Source: Octopus sinensis
Taxonomy: Eukaryota
Assembly (NCBI RefSeq): GCF_006345805.1
Contig: NC_042999.1
Span: 126,170,001 to 126,234,000 of the forward strand
Direction of reading: 5' to 3'
DNA: 64,000 nt
Each line of letters opens with the position of its first letter. Position 1 is the first letter of the stretch. Position numbers and translations under genes: made by a program. Under the pieces are notes generated by a model. It saw only the letters and a program-made list of their open reading frames with translations, was not told the DNA's origin and did no database searches. Positions 25,061 through 39,969 of the stretch are shown here, piece by piece.

Positions 25061-25921
25061 TATCTTTCATTTTTAAGGTGTTAAGAGCTGTGATTTGAGA
25101 CAGATTTCGCTTCTATTATTATCAGTTAGAGCGAGCGCGTAAACATTCACGTATCGGCTTTTATCGACTAAAAAGCGGCAAATCCTAAACGTATCAGGTC
25201 GTTGCTACACCATGAAAGTAGAGAAAACTTTGTTGTAATATCTTGGTAAAGCCAGTATACTAAAGCTCATACCACACGATATACAGTTTCTTGGAAATAA
25301 AAATACGGTGTGGTGCGAACTGCCGACAGTTCGTCTTGCATTTCAACCGCTCAACAACTGGACCATCTGTAACTACTTAACTTCGGAGGAAGCTAAGGCA
25401 TTAAGCTTTCATTCAACTTCGTATACCACTGTTTCACGGCCGCCATTTCTCATGGTAGTATTAACCTTGAAAAACTGTTAATTTTATTCTCACGCTTAGA
25501 TTGCGATCAATTTGAGAAAACGTATAGTAATTATCAGGTCGTCTGCTTGATAATGAAATATTTAAGGTCAAACTTCAGACGTAAAACATAAATGAATGTT
25601 AAACCATAACAGCTTTCTATGGCAAGTATGTCTCTTATTACACATTCATATAATGAATGAAGCCATGCAAATCTCTACAATAAAGTCAGTGCTTATTGCT
25701 GTACTAGAGAAGTCAGTTGTCAGAAATTCACCGGATTAATGTTAATCAGGCTGGTAATGAAAGAATAACATTATCAAAATTTCAATGTGAGACAACTATA
25801 AGTTAACCCAGAAGTATACGCATATATTCTTATACAACTTTAGATTTCGTAAGTTAGAACTGGTTAAATATTTTTAAGACTGTTGTTTCAGGCACTTTTA
25901 CTTCTTTTTACACACACACAC

Positions 25922-26008
<87 letters not shown>

Positions 26009-26327
26009 CAGCATGCACACACACACAGTGCTTTATTTTGTTGTTATAAAAAAATATACGTATATTAATTGAAACATGTGTGAGATGAAAGTTCACATTT
26101 TTTAAAACATTTCTATTGGAGGTCGTTCTAGTCGGAGGACAAGAGGCAAAGCGTCTACACAATTTTTAGATGGCCAAATGATAAAAGATTGAAGATAATA
26201 CAGGTAACAAATAAATTAGTTCTTATGTATAACACAAATAGTAAAGAGAATATTTTCTTTGAGTACCATAACTGGAAATGTATCTCATTTATTTTAATAT
26301 ATATCTCAGTTTTATATGACGTATGTA

Positions 26328-26369
<42 letters not shown>

Positions 26370-26864
26370 GTGTGTGTGTGTGTGTATTCCTCCACTGCTT
26401 AAAGTAGAAGAAATAGAAAATATCGATCGTACTCTGTATAATATTAATGGTAATCTCAATTGTAAGTGACTTATGGGCTTTTAATGCACCCCTTCTCTCA
26501 CATCTTTTATCTCCACCATTTTTTTAAAGGAAAGAAAGAAAAATCGATCGTTTATATAGTTCCTAAATGTTTTGAACGACAATGTAACCTAATCTCAAGT
26601 TGCGGTGCATTGATAATTTCCAAATTAGAATGAAATAAATTTAAATTTATCTGCATCTATTTAAAAAAAACACAAAAAATGAATTATTTAGAAGCATAAT
26701 ATAATAAGTATATTAAAAAAGTCTCTCTCCAAGCAATTCTCTCTCCCCTTGAGGGAAATTTCTCCCCCACTTTTATTTCATAGCAAACCCTACATTTCTC
26801 TGTCTCTTACACTAAAAACAAACGCAGGTGGCAGCAGTAGTAATCGCCAGTCAAATTTCACACG

Positions 26865-26896
<32 letters not shown>

Positions 26897-26898
<2 letters not shown>

Positions 26899-28245
26899 AG
26901 CAGAAGTGCCCGGCGTTGCTCGGGGCTTAATTGCTTTAAAGTACTCTTAATGATTTTCCTCAATTATGATTAGTGAGGCAAATATTGATATAAGTTTACG
27001 GCCAATCAATCGATTTGCAACTGGATAGAAAGCCCTGCAAAGAGCATTACAACACTCACAGAAGCGGGTAACAATAGAATGTGAGGTGGCCCTGAAAAGG
27101 CTGTGTTATCGTTCTCACAATTGTAACAATTTGGTAGGTAGTCCTGGAAGGGTGTGTAAAACGTTCGCAGGTGAATACGGTGTCTTCGTTTTCCACCAAC
27201 GGCAGCGGACGTACTGTTACAAAACTTCATGCTCTGTGAAAACAGAATAGATGTCCTATGGGGAAAGAGGAGGGGTTAATCATGGGTAAGTAAATACGGG
27301 TAAGTTTGAAAATATACAACAATAGCATCTATTCACCATATGTCGGAGCGTCGAGGATAAAATCCCCCCAGCTTTGTTCCGAACAGAATTAATAACGGAA
27401 TTGTAAGCGAACTTCTGTTGAGATAGGAGCTTTGGCTCATTCTCCGCTGTGTACTGAGCAAGCTCGTCAACATTATAACATGTGTCACGCAGCAAGTCCG
27501 AAGACAGTGTGCTTGCGCCTTCTCGGTTTGTTGAAGGTTGGCCATACACCGCCAACGCACTACCGCCCATATTGAGAACAGTATCTTCGATTTCAAGCAG
27601 CCCCCTGTTGTAAATGAGATCACTGTACCCGACCTTCATTGATGGATTTAACAACTGAGCCTGACGCAGGAAATCTTCAGACATGTAATCTTTGTAGGTA
27701 AGCCATAAAGAGGCGGGATCACCCAAGTAGCGCTATAGAAATAAAATAGCGAAAAGCGATCTTGTTTTTTTAGGGGATTTTAACAAAACGCCCTCCGCCT
27801 TAGTAGCGCCCTATTGTGAAACGTCCTCGAAAAGTCCACGCCTGAAGCAGGCTTCCTGGAAAGTGTCACATAATTCACCGTCAACAGTTCTTATTTCTTG
27901 AAAGTTTTGTGCGCTGAAAACGTTATGGAGGAGAAGGCGCAGGTGAAACCGCACATGCTGGTTGGGAGGTACAGTGTAGACTCTTCCTAGACAACTGTTA
28001 AACTTGACACCGGGATGTCTTTGAACATCCTGACCTGACTTCCTACGCGCCTAAGTGTTCTTTGACCACACATAGTAGGACACATCCTGAGGGTATAAAA
28101 GTGTTTTAGCAAATGTGTCAAGTTGGCTACGCCTAAAGAAACCAGTCAAAGTTGTTTCTTTTGGATTGCCCAGTCTTTGGATTGCACCAGTCTGTTCAGT
28201 AAAGTAAGCCCACTGCCACTGTAATGGTATGGAGAGCTGATCGAG
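26897..28245 (-). mobile_element. Internally deleted Helitron (RepHel fragment + 3' end)
   Basis: TTLTGFF, GRVYTVPP, LRLLLHNV, RTVDGELCDTFQEACFRRGL, DPASLWLTYKDYMSEDF, QKFAYNSVI, ILDAP; 3' GC-rich hairpin region ccgagcaacgccggg then CTAG|T at 26897. Confidence 0.9.
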
Positions 28246-28264
28246 TGTGTTGGAACGATAAACT

Positions 28265-28635
28265 CTGAAAAATACATCGAAATATTTAAGCAAGAACTAC
28301 TTCCGATGTATTCACACAATAACATAACGAAAAATCAGTTTTTATTCATGGAAAATGGGGCTCCATGCCACACAGCGAAAAGGAATCAACAATAGTTGAC
28401 TGAAAATGGGATCAAAAAGCTTCCTTGGTTGAGCTAATCTCCTGACATAAACCCAATTGAAAATCTTTGGAGCATACGAAAAACTCAACAGAAACCTAAA
28501 TCTGAAGATGAATTGTTTCAATTGTTGCGTGCAAAATGGGCAAAAATTCCACAAGAGACAATCACAAACTCATCAGTTCAATGCCAAAAAGAGTTTCTGA
28601 ATTAAAAACTGCACAGGGAATGTCAGCTAAATACT
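28265..28635 (+). mobile_element. Tc1 (DD34E) transposase 3' remnant
   Basis: FMENGAPCHTAK...LPWLS*SPDINPIENLWSI. Confidence 0.8.
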
Positions 28636-28718
28636 AAAGTATGTAGTCCTACCTATCGATTACATTTCAATTGTTCGCTTTGCGTATTAAATAAAAAAAA
28701 ATTGAAAATTAAATGTGT

Positions 28719-28975
28719 CTATGTATGTATGTATGTATGTATGTATGTATGTATGTATGTATGTATGTATGCATATATGTGTGTGTATGTATGTATGTAT
28801 GTATGTATGTATGTATGTATGTAGGTATGTATGTAGGTATGTATGTATGTATGCATGCATACATGTATGTATGTATGTATGTATGTATGTATGTATGTAT
28901 GTATGTATGATGTATGTATGTATGGATGGATGGATGGATGGATGGATGGATGGATGGATGGATGGATGGGTGGAT
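28719..28975. repeat. (TATG)n + (GGAT)n microsatellite
   Basis: Direct reading. Confidence 0.95.
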
Positions 28976-29509
28976 GAATATCCCACCTATGTGCCGTACA
29001 AAATGTATATACACCACTGAAAGGCATAACGTTATGGTTTTTGTCCGAAACAATTTCTTCATATACATGCTGTATTATGTAATATAAACGCCCAGCAGGG
29101 ACTTACGACAAAGGCAGACGTGTTTTACCCTACTAGGGTCTTGTCAAAGCCGTGTACCTTTTTGTCATTTGCTGGGACGAAATTCGTTCTTCGTCAAATG
29201 GGAAGATGAAAAGTTCATTGAAAGAAATATTAATAAAATCCTCAGTGTGGGATCAGGAAGACGAAGTGGTGTGCGTTACGGGAGAAAGATCCGAGTATTT
29301 GAGATGGTGGGTGCGATGAGATAGAAAGAAGTGAGGTCTGTTGTCTTCATTTTGCAGTTTTCAGACGATAGAGATAGCTCGACAAGTGGTAGAGGAGGAG
29401 GCGTGAAACAGATCAAGGGTCAGAGACGAAGATATAGTATATCGGGTGATATTAAATAGTGCAGACAATTCAGAATGTCAGAAAATTCAGCTGTGTTTGT
29501 GTAAAGAGA

Positions 29510-30397
29510 TACGAAATACGTTCAGAAAGTATCCGACTTTATTATTGATTTTACCTCACCAAAACTAACGCCGCGTGGGCAAAATCCTCTGGGTAGAAGG
29601 TGATACCTTTTTTCTTGCACATGAGTAAAAATTTTCGCGTCGGTAGGCTGCGTCAATTACCGGTTGTTACATCTAGAGTACAGACGTGTAGTGAGCGCTT
29701 GTCGGATTTTCGTTTTCATGCAAGATGAGTGAACACATCGAGCTGAGATCACAAATCTGTGTCTCATCACCAGTGATGATGTTCATCATGAAGTCTTTTC
29801 AAAGCCCAGCGTGTCCTGAGCAATTTTCATGTTGATTTGCTTTTGTTGCTCCGCCAGCATCATGGGGACGAATTTCTCCGATACTCACCGCATGGACAAT
29901 TCCTCCATTAAAATGGAATGCACTGATTCTGTTCTTATTCCCACTTCGTGAGAAATTTCCTAGGTTGTTACATGACAGTCTTCTATGACTATTCGCCATA
30001 CTTCTTCAATTGACTCCTCGTTTCGACTTGTGGATGGCCTACTTACTTTTCCACAAAGGTGAGGCCATATTTGAAGCGGTTGATCTGAGTTTTGTCCATG
30101 GCATCATCACCAAAGGCCTTCTGAATATTCTGGATGGTTTAAGCTTGAGTATCACCCAAGGTTTTGCCAAAACTTTATGCAATATATCTGCTCGATGAGT
30201 TCAGTGAAACGAAAATCAGAGGAGAGTACACTACACATCCGTACTCTAGGCCAGGGACTGACACGGACTACCAACGCAAGACTTTTTACGCATGTACAGG
30301 AAGGGTGGCTTCACCTCTCACCCAAGGGATTTTTGCCCCCACGGCATTTGTTTAGATCGGAAAAATAAAGTCGGATACTATTTGAACGCATCTTGTA
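29510..30397 (-). mobile_element. Internally deleted mariner element
   Basis: TIRs TAcgaaatacgttcagaaagtatccgacttt / aaagtcggatactatttgaacgcatcttgTA; minus-strand transposase relic ending at NIITGDET. Confidence 0.8.
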
Positions 30398-30429
30398 TAT
30401 TTATTAATATAAGTCAGAGTATGATAACT

Positions 30430-30776
30430 TCCTGGTCATGAATGTTTGGGTAATGAACAAAAGAATACTAGAGATGAGGAGTCTCTCCAGATCGAGCTGC
30501 TACTTCTCCGTATTGAGAAGTCACAGCTTCGATACAACTGACATGTGATTAGAATGGTAGAGGAAAGAATCGCAAGACAGATTCTTCAAGCCGATCAAAC
30601 AGACAGGAGACTTAGTGAAAAACCAAGATGATTGATAATGTCCATAGTCTTAGTTGGTCACACTTGGGAATCCAACTGGAAAGTGTAATGGCAGTTGTTT
30701 CAGGTGCTTAAGGAAGCTCACAACACTCTCAGGAGTAGTGGGCGGAGAAGATGGATAGATGGATGGATGGATGGAT
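30430..30776 (+). mobile_element. RTE LINE 3' end with (GGAT)n tail
   Basis: LLLRIEKSQLRY.*HVIRM.EERIARQIL followed by a short tandem tail. Confidence 0.75.
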
Positions 30777-32155
30777 AATAACTTCAGTGAAAGCTGAATT
30801 CAGATAGATTTCTTCAATGCAAGACAAGAGATTGTCGAACAATTTCTGGAGGTTGGTGAACTTTTGAGTGGTAGAGATAGCAGATAAATGGCTGAAGATG
30901 ACTGAAGTTCAGATTAAATAAGATTGTGAATAAGACTAAGAAGAAATACGTGTAAGCACAGAGACCACTTCTCAGAAAGAAGTTGCTATTAGAGTGTGGT
31001 GTGATTAATGATAAATAAAATATATGAGATTAAGGATTTTGCTTCAGAAAATAAAAAAAAATATGTTTTGAGTGAAGTAAAAATGATGGATAGGATCGAG
31101 TGCGAACAGAATTACACGGATTTTGGTATGATTATTATTTGGCTTTATGATTCATAAGCTCTCATTGTTTAGATGGAAAGAGAGGAAGAGAAAATTACTC
31201 TTCATGGGTTGTTGCAAACAAATACTTGAAACTCTCTAAGAAGCCCAAATATTGTATTAGAGGGAATTCTATCGATCACACTCTTCTAGCAAATAAACGA
31301 TCTTCTATACAATTCTTCTTTTGTCCACCATTTATGCGGCGATGCTGCGACACCACTTTTAGAGGCATTATTTCAGCCGATTCTGTTGAGCCAAGTCTCG
31401 TATCTATGTGATAATTCTCGTTAGAGGAGAAAGGGAGAGAGTAACTAATCTGACAAATACCACTGCATATTTTTGTTCGAGTACTGGTTTTCATCCAACA
31501 CATACGCACACATACACACACATACACACACGTGCGTGTGTACGTTTGTGCATAAACATATGTACGTGCATGTATACGGTGGGCTTCCATGCGGTTTCTC
31601 TCAACCAAATTTCACGAATTAACAAGATATTTATCAACTCTATGATATCATTAAAGACACTTTGCTCAAAGTACCGCGCAGTGAGATAGAACCTGGAGCT
31701 ATGTTGTAAAGAAGCAAATTGCTTAGTTGTATGTAAAAATTGTACCCATATGAAAGATAAGAACTTGAATTAAGTTTAAATTAATGTTTCTTTCGTTATA
31801 ATCATTAAATTGCTAATTAAGTAATGATTAAATTAATTCTTAATTATTTAATTCGTTGTAGAATGATCTTGAAACCGTTTAATTTATTTCAATGATTGCT
31901 AATATAAAGTTCGCCAAAAGTATGTAAAACATGAATTAATGTCAAACTGTTTGCCTTTCATGTATACACGCGCATACAGACTCAGACACACACACACGTG
32001 CACACACACTCAGAGAAAGGCATTATATAAAATGTACACAAACTCTCTGTTTCTTAGTCACTCCACCTCTGTCCGTTTGTCTTTCTACCACACATTCAAA
32101 AATATACATATACACCTGTACATAAATATACATGTGTGTGTATGTGTGTGTGTGT

Positions 32156-32192
<37 letters not shown>

Positions 32193-32401
32193 TCTTTTAT
32201 TCTTTTATTTGTTTCAGTCATTTGACTGCGGCCATACTGGAGTACCGCCTTTAGCGAACAAATCGACCGCAAGACTTATTTTTTGTAGGCCTAGCACTTA
32301 TTCTCTCGGTCGCTTTTGCCGACCCGCAAAGTTACGGGAACGTAAGCACACCAACATCGGTTGTCAAGCGATGGGACGGAAGGAATACGTAGACACACAC
32401 A

Positions 32402-32440
<39 letters not shown>

Positions 32441-32598
32441 GGCGGGATTCTTTCAGTTTCAGTCTGCAAAATCCACTCACAAGGCTTTGGTCGGCCCTGG
32501 GCTATAGTAGAACACACTTGTCCAAGGTGCAACGCAGTGGGACTGAACTCGGAATCATGTGGCTGGTAAGCTACCTACCACACAGCCACCCCTACGCC
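32193..32598 (-). mobile_element. Family B SINE, near full length
   Basis: Minus head gtggctgtgtggtaggtagcttaccagccacatgattccgagttcagtcccactgcg; 3' end as in other copies. Confidence 0.8.
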
Positions 32599-32643
32599 TA
32601 TATATATACATATACATACATAAATACATGCATACATACATAC

Positions 32644-32712
<69 letters not shown>

Positions 32713-32812
32713 ATATATATATATAGAAATTCGGGGTGAGTACTTGATAATTATAAGCACCTGTGTATACCGTTTGGTGGTGTAGGTGGTGGAGTAAATT
32801 GATCAAAATAAA

Positions 32813-32864
<52 letters not shown>

Positions 32865-32874
32865 TATATATATG

Positions 32875-32905
<31 letters not shown>

Positions 32906-33339
32906 GTATATATATATGTATATATATATATACACACACATATATATATATATATAATATATATATATATATATTATATATATCTATATATATATATATA
33001 TGGTGCACTCAGTTAATTCACAAGTAACGATTTTCATTAAATACTAATTCATTTGCATTCATCGGATTATTTATTCAACCTGACGGCTTTTCGCAATTCC
33101 CTAACTTGTTTTATTCGCTGTTTTCTATATTGAAAGCAGCAAATCTCGCCTTGTCATATGTGTGGCTGCAATTAATCGTCACTGACAAAGACGAACTACA
33201 TCCGGTGCTCTCGCTACCCGCTGCAGGGGCGACTTTTCGTCTACACAGCATATAAGGGATATTTTCTCAGACGTAAAATGCAGTAACTTGCCTGGTAACA
33301 GAGTATATACATTGAGTATGATACACAGATGGATATAAA

Positions 33340-34218
33340 TATAGGGTGCATTGAATAAATTGTCGTCCAAATTATGCAAAAATGAAAATAGCACTGACAT
33401 CTCATTTTAACAGATATATTTATCAAAATTGCATGAAAATATCTTGAAATACTAAAGAGCAAATTTATTCAATAAATAGGCCATTCGCTTCAACCACGGC
33501 CTCCAGACGACTTCGGAATCTGCTGCAATTCTTCTGGACGGTCTCCAAGAAGTTTTGTTGGTCTCTCGCTCAACTGCACCCCACGCATAATAATCAAAGG
33601 GGTTGCAGTCTGGGTTGGGGACACATACACCCACCCCCAGACTGCAACCCCTTTGATTATTTTGTGTGGGGTGCAATTGGGCGAGAGACTAACAGAACTT
33701 CTTACAACACCAAAGATGGGGCAGCAGAAATTTTCTGACAGCCATGACTGGGTTCTCCTGCTTGTATGACATAGTGCACAATCCGGTTGCCAGGATTAGG
33801 GTCTTCCAGTAGTCACCTCTTGACCCAGGGCAGCACTGCCTCCTCCAGGCAATTGATGTAGGACTCCGTGGTGAGTGGGAAGACGAATGGATGCATAACG
33901 TCGCCATCACAAGTGGTCACTCTAAACACTATGATATTGACTGCATGTTTGATTTTCATCACTCTCGGTACGTATCCTCAGATTGCACTGTCCTCAGACT
34001 GACACCCAAACACTCTGAAGTATTCGTTTTGGAGCTTCCAGTGCGAATGCCAAACAGTACAGTATGTCGTCTCCAAATTTCTGGAAGAGTGAATTGCGTC
34101 ATGGTGCTGTTTTTCTCAGTCGGTACCCAACTGTGTAATCGACAAAATCAAAAATACAAATGCGCATGCGCGAAATTAAAAATGTATGGTAGCGACAACT
34201 TACTTATCGCACCCTATA
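33340..34218 (-). mobile_element. maT/DD37D-like DNA transposon relic
   Basis: TIRs tatagggtgcattgaataaattgtcg / cgacaacttacttatcgcaccctata; PDCNPFDYYAWGAVERETNK motif. Confidence 0.8.
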
Positions 34219-34339
34219 TATATATATATACACATTATCTGTTTATCTTTCATATATCATGTGTGTGTGCATGCGTGTGCGTGCGTGCGCGCGGGTATGC
34301 ACATAAATGCATATATACCTGCATGCATACATACATACA

Positions 34340-34433
<94 letters not shown>

Positions 34434-34436
<3 letters not shown>

Positions 34437-34862
34437 TTAAATTAGAGATAAAACCACTATTAGGCAAATCATGCAATGAAAAACTTAAACCAATACATAA
34501 GATTAATTAATTTATATTATTTAAATATATATCAAAATTATTAAAAAAGATAATTAATTGATTAAACCTCGCCAAGTTAAATATGTAAACCACCTGAAGA
34601 ATGACTGTAACTCGAAAATTTTAAGAATTGAACAGCCATGAAACGATCGTAGTGTTATATTAATTATCTTTTTTAATAATTTTGATATATATTTAAATAA
34701 TATAAATTAATTAATTTTATGTATTGGCTTAAGTTTTTCATTGTATGATTTGCCTAATAGTGGTTTTATCTCTAATTTAATATAATATAATATTTTACTA
34801 TAAAATTGGATTCAATCCTAAATCTGATTTTTCCCTGTAAGTTTGGATTTATTCCCTAATAT
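34434..34862 (+). mobile_element. Fold-back PLE derivative in (TA)n with hammerhead in the loop
   Basis: About 125-bp inverted arms 34434-34558 and 34659-34783, then a unique tail. Confidence 0.75.
34591..34654 (+). ncRNA. Type I hammerhead ribozyme motif
   Basis: CAC-CUGAAGA-AUGACUGU...ACAGCCAU-GAAAC-GAUC-GUA-GUG. Confidence 0.75.
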
Positions 34863-34867
34863 TTTAT

Positions 34868-34994
<127 letters not shown>

Positions 34995-35232
34995 CAGTAA
35001 TGCAATACAAAGTATTGCCTTCCAGTAAAAAGTAGCCCGTGAGGGAAAAATACACAAATTAGTAAATAAATGGCACAACTAAGTGTGGGAAGACGGTTTT
35101 TTTTCTCTATTTTGTTGCACACACGCATTTTTACTAATACATACGCGGTGAAGCTACACATTAGCGTCGTATTTTTACGTTCGCTATTTCCAGTAAATAT
35201 CGGTACTTAGTTGTGCCATTTATTTACTAATT

Positions 35233-35269
<37 letters not shown>

Positions 35270-35271
<2 letters not shown>

Positions 35272-35653
35272 GGAAGCACTCCGTCGGTTACGACGACGAG
35301 TGTTCCGGTTGATCCGAATCAATGGAACAGCCTGCTCGTGAAATTAACGTGTAAGTGGCTGAGTATCCCACAGACACGTGTACCCTTAACGTAGTTCTCG
35401 GGGATATTCAGCGTGACACAGAGAGTGACAAGGCCGGCCCTTTGGAATACAGGTACAACAGAAACAGGGAGTAAGAGTGAGAGAAAGTTGTGTTGAAAGA
35501 ATACAGCAGGGATCACCACCATCCCCTGCCGGAGCCTCGTGGAGCTTTAGGTGTTTTAGCTCAATAAACACTCACAACGCCCGGTCTGGGAATCGAAACC
35601 GCGATCCTATGACCGCGAGTCCGCTGCTCTAACCACTGGGCCATTGCGGCTCC
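35270..35653 (-). mobile_element. Young-looking full-length tRNA-derived SINE in (TA)n
   Basis: Head TGGCCCAGTGGTTAGAGCAGCGGACTCGCGGTCATAGGATCGCGGTTTCGATTCCC with intact A/B boxes; CpG-rich body. Confidence 0.85.
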
Positions 35654-37348
35654 ACACACATATATATATATATATATATATTGAATTTAAGACGCTTCAG
35701 TTTCCAGTCAAACTAAGTTTTAGTATTTCAATTAACAAATCTCACGCAGACATACATTCACGCACACCTCAGGCCTATCTCTGTCCCTTTGTGTGCCTGT
35801 CTCTGTCTTTAGATGTTTATATGTGTGTCAGTTGTCACAAAAATGTATGTGCACACATTAACTTCATACACATATACTTCTCAATCATCGGCCTAGCGTA
35901 CGTAACGAACACGCAAACATGCGCACACTCACAGACGTATACACACACATATAGAAAATGTGACGTCGTTGCGTCGTCGTGGTATAAAATGTCATTTACA
36001 ATAAGTTGACTTACAGAAAGGTTACAATGTTAAATTTTTGTAATGCAAATATTTAAATTAAAATATAGTTTATTTGGTAGCCGAAAAATTACTGAAACTT
36101 TTGATACTCCATACGTCAAAATCGGCACCTAAATTTTCAAATCCATAAGGAACATACGCACGCACACACACACGCACAAACTCTGATTTAGTATATGATA
36201 TATATATATGGCTGTAGTCACGCGCATATGTGTTTGTAAGGTGGTCAATTGGCAGAGGCGGTTAGCTGATTATATATGATGTGTAGTGATACTTTTCTGA
36301 TTCGCTGTTTCGATTTCGAATTTTGCTGAGGCCAATTTTGCCCTTCAATCTTTCCAGATTGATAACTAAAATAACATCACTAGGTTCGTTTTTTTATTAT
36401 TCCCAGCTCTCTTTCTGTCTGTCTGTTCCTCTCTCTCTCTCTCTCTCACTCACTCTTTTCTTGCCTCTTTGTTTTTCCTTATGGAAGAAATTGATTCTAT
36501 TCTTCCTACCTTGAGAGTGATGGGCACCTCAGAGCTAATTATTTCAACTGCTACAGGACATATTTCTTTGTTAATATCAACTCATCAGCAGAATTTCTCA
36601 AACCTTGTGATATATGAACGACTAAGCAACAGGTATTGATTATGAGGTCTTCTCGAATATAGAATTTCAATCCACCATGCACTCTAAATTGCCATTCAGG
36701 ACTGTTCAATAGTAGCAAGGCATCTCGTTGTCTTTTAGGAGGGTCATCACGCCAATAATGATAATAAGCACACGCACATGTATTGAGTAAACAATCAATC
36801 GATTGTTTACTTGTCAATGTCCTTTCGTCGTTATTCGCGACCTCATCAATGATATATCCTACCATATGAGGTACCAGTGATATATCCTATCAAAGAATAT
36901 TGAAAAGCAAATAGAAAAATGAAATAACAAAGCTAATCCTATTGGTGTTAACTGTGCCATGGGACGAGAGGATGGAAAAGGTGCGGGAGAGTAAAAGACC
37001 TGAGTATCAGAAGGTGATGAGGAACTGCCTCAAGAATGAATGGAGAATGTGATGCTCGCTAGTGGAGAATGGTAGAGGGAAAATTTTGCAGGTTATGCCT
37101 TGAGAAAACAGAACCGCATTAAGGCATGAACACACTGGGCAGTTGTCCAGGGCCCTCACGGATCTAGGAGCCATTAGACAGACAGGGAGCAGCACTGAAC
37201 AGATACGGTGATTTCACACTTTTTTTTACCACGTGACAAATTTTCTCTACAGTATTTGCAGTGAATTTGCCTTTAGAAGTTGAAATACATCACAAATATA
37301 TTTTAACTAACCGAAAGTTCGCTTATGCCTAAACACTGCTTCTCGCTG

Positions 37349-37385
<37 letters not shown>

Positions 37386-37729
37386 GCGGAGTAGACGAAA
37401 CAGGGACAACAGAAGAAGGGGAATATTCCTTGTGTTGTATGTCTTGATTTTTCGTTGTTTGAAAAAAGTTCGTTTCCATGTTTTTGTTTTTGTTTTCGTT
37501 TCTCATTGTGTTCAATGTTTTTTAATGTCCTGTACCCATATATGCATGTATATATACATATAGATGTAGGTATGTACATATATGTATGTATATATGCATA
37601 TATTTATATATTATTTATATTATTTTATATATGTGTGTGTGTGTGTATGTGTGTGTGCATGTGTGTGTGTGTGTATATATATGTATGTATGTATGTATAT
37701 AAAGAGGGAGAGAGAGAGAAAGAAACTCA

Positions 37730-37968
<239 letters not shown>

Positions 37969-38469
37969 GAAAACTCAGTACTCAAATACAGGTTTAGAAA
38001 CATGGCAGTAAGTCTGTTGCCATTATATATTTAACAAATGTTGTCAACATATTTGTTGCTATTCCTTTGTATTGGTGATATATAGCATTTTTTTATCTCG
38101 AATCTCTGTATTTTTTTTAATATGTTCTCTTCACCGCCTCTTCCTCTATTTTTCCTTCTCCCTCATCCACATACTATTGCTCCGTCCTCACACTCGTTCT
38201 TCTCTCCCGTCTTTCTTTTTCTCTCTACTTTTCTCTGCACAAATCATATGTAGGAATATGGACAATTAAGCAGTGTTATTTTTTTTTTATTTTACATTTA
38301 TGTTTGGTCATACATGCTCGCGTGTTAGCGCGTACATGAAAATATTTCCCTGACTATATGTGTGTGTGCGTATGTGCGCGAGCGTATATATGTGTGTATA
38401 TATATATATATATACATACGGTGTGTCCGTACATACATATGCATGTATATGTACAAACATATGTATAGG

Positions 38470-38876
38470 GATACACACACACACATACATACATACAAAC
38501 ATACATAAATACATACATACATACATACATACATAAATACATACATACATACATACATACATACATAAATACATACATACATACAAACATACATAAATAC
38601 ATACATACATACATACATACATACATACATACATACATACATACATACATACAAGCATACATACATACATAAATACATAAATACATAAATAGATACATAC
38701 ATACATACATAAATACATACATACATACATACAAACATACATAAATACATACATACATACAAACATACATACATACATACATACAAACATACATACAAAC
38801 ATACATAAATACATGCATACATACATACATACATACATACATAAATACATACATACATACATACATACTTACATAC

Positions 38877-38939
<63 letters not shown>

Positions 38940-38952
38940 GAGGGAGAGAGAG
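38470..38952. repeat. (CATA)n array with AAAT/AAAC variants, then (TA)(AG)(GACA)
   Basis: Direct reading. Confidence 0.95.
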
Positions 38953-39286
38953 ATGCAATTAAATGTATAAATACATGTATAAAACAGCATGCGTGTCTGT
39001 GCGTTTGTGTGTATGCATGTACGAAATTTATGCGTATGTATGTGCATTTCTTCGGACGTGTCTAATTCTGTGCTTCTTTGCGTGCGTATGTATACGTGCT
39101 TCTTCAGGTAAATATGCCTATGTGTGGACGCGCGTATGTGTAAAATATTCTACTGAAGTAGCTGTGATAATAATAACTTCAGTAAAGCTTATGGTCTTCT
39201 TTCGAGTGACCTTGCTTCTCGCGAGATTCACATCGAAAATATCGCACCGTTCTTTCATTTTCAAAAAGGTAACATAAATAAATGAA

Positions 39287-39333
<47 letters not shown>

Positions 39334-39875
39334 AAAACACTCAGACAATATCGTTGTGATTATTATTGGCGCCATTTGTCTCAGATCTCAGTCAGTCAAG
39401 TTTCATATTTCAACCTCTATATTATTGTACATTATACATTATATTTCATTTTAGCCTCAAGTGACAGAGGTTTCTTTTGTCGCTTATCAAACTCCTTGAT
39501 GAAATCAAACTGTCCATGTTTGAGAACAGCATTAGAAGAAGAACAGAAGCACTTCAAACTAGACTAAATTGGTTAGTTGAAATAAAAGAATTACATAGGA
39601 AGAAGCCACTACAGGAATATTTATGGAATTCCATAAAGAAACGATAAACGAACGAAATTTCATTCTTTCTTTCGGTGAGGAACTCATCTTCTTTTGTCTC
39701 CTAGGTGAAAAGCATTATTCTTCAAAGTGATAAAGAAGACCGAAAAAGCAAATAGATACAAAGAATGCGAGGATTGCAATAGTCCACCCCCCGCCGCCAT
39801 CGCCTTCCTTTTATTATTTGTCTCTTCTTACTAAATATGTATGTGTGTATGTATATATATACATACACACACACA

Positions 39876-39969
<94 letters not shown>

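Noticed and set aside
31939-32739. 266-aa ORF
   Set aside because: Read-through of microsatellites and an antisense SINE
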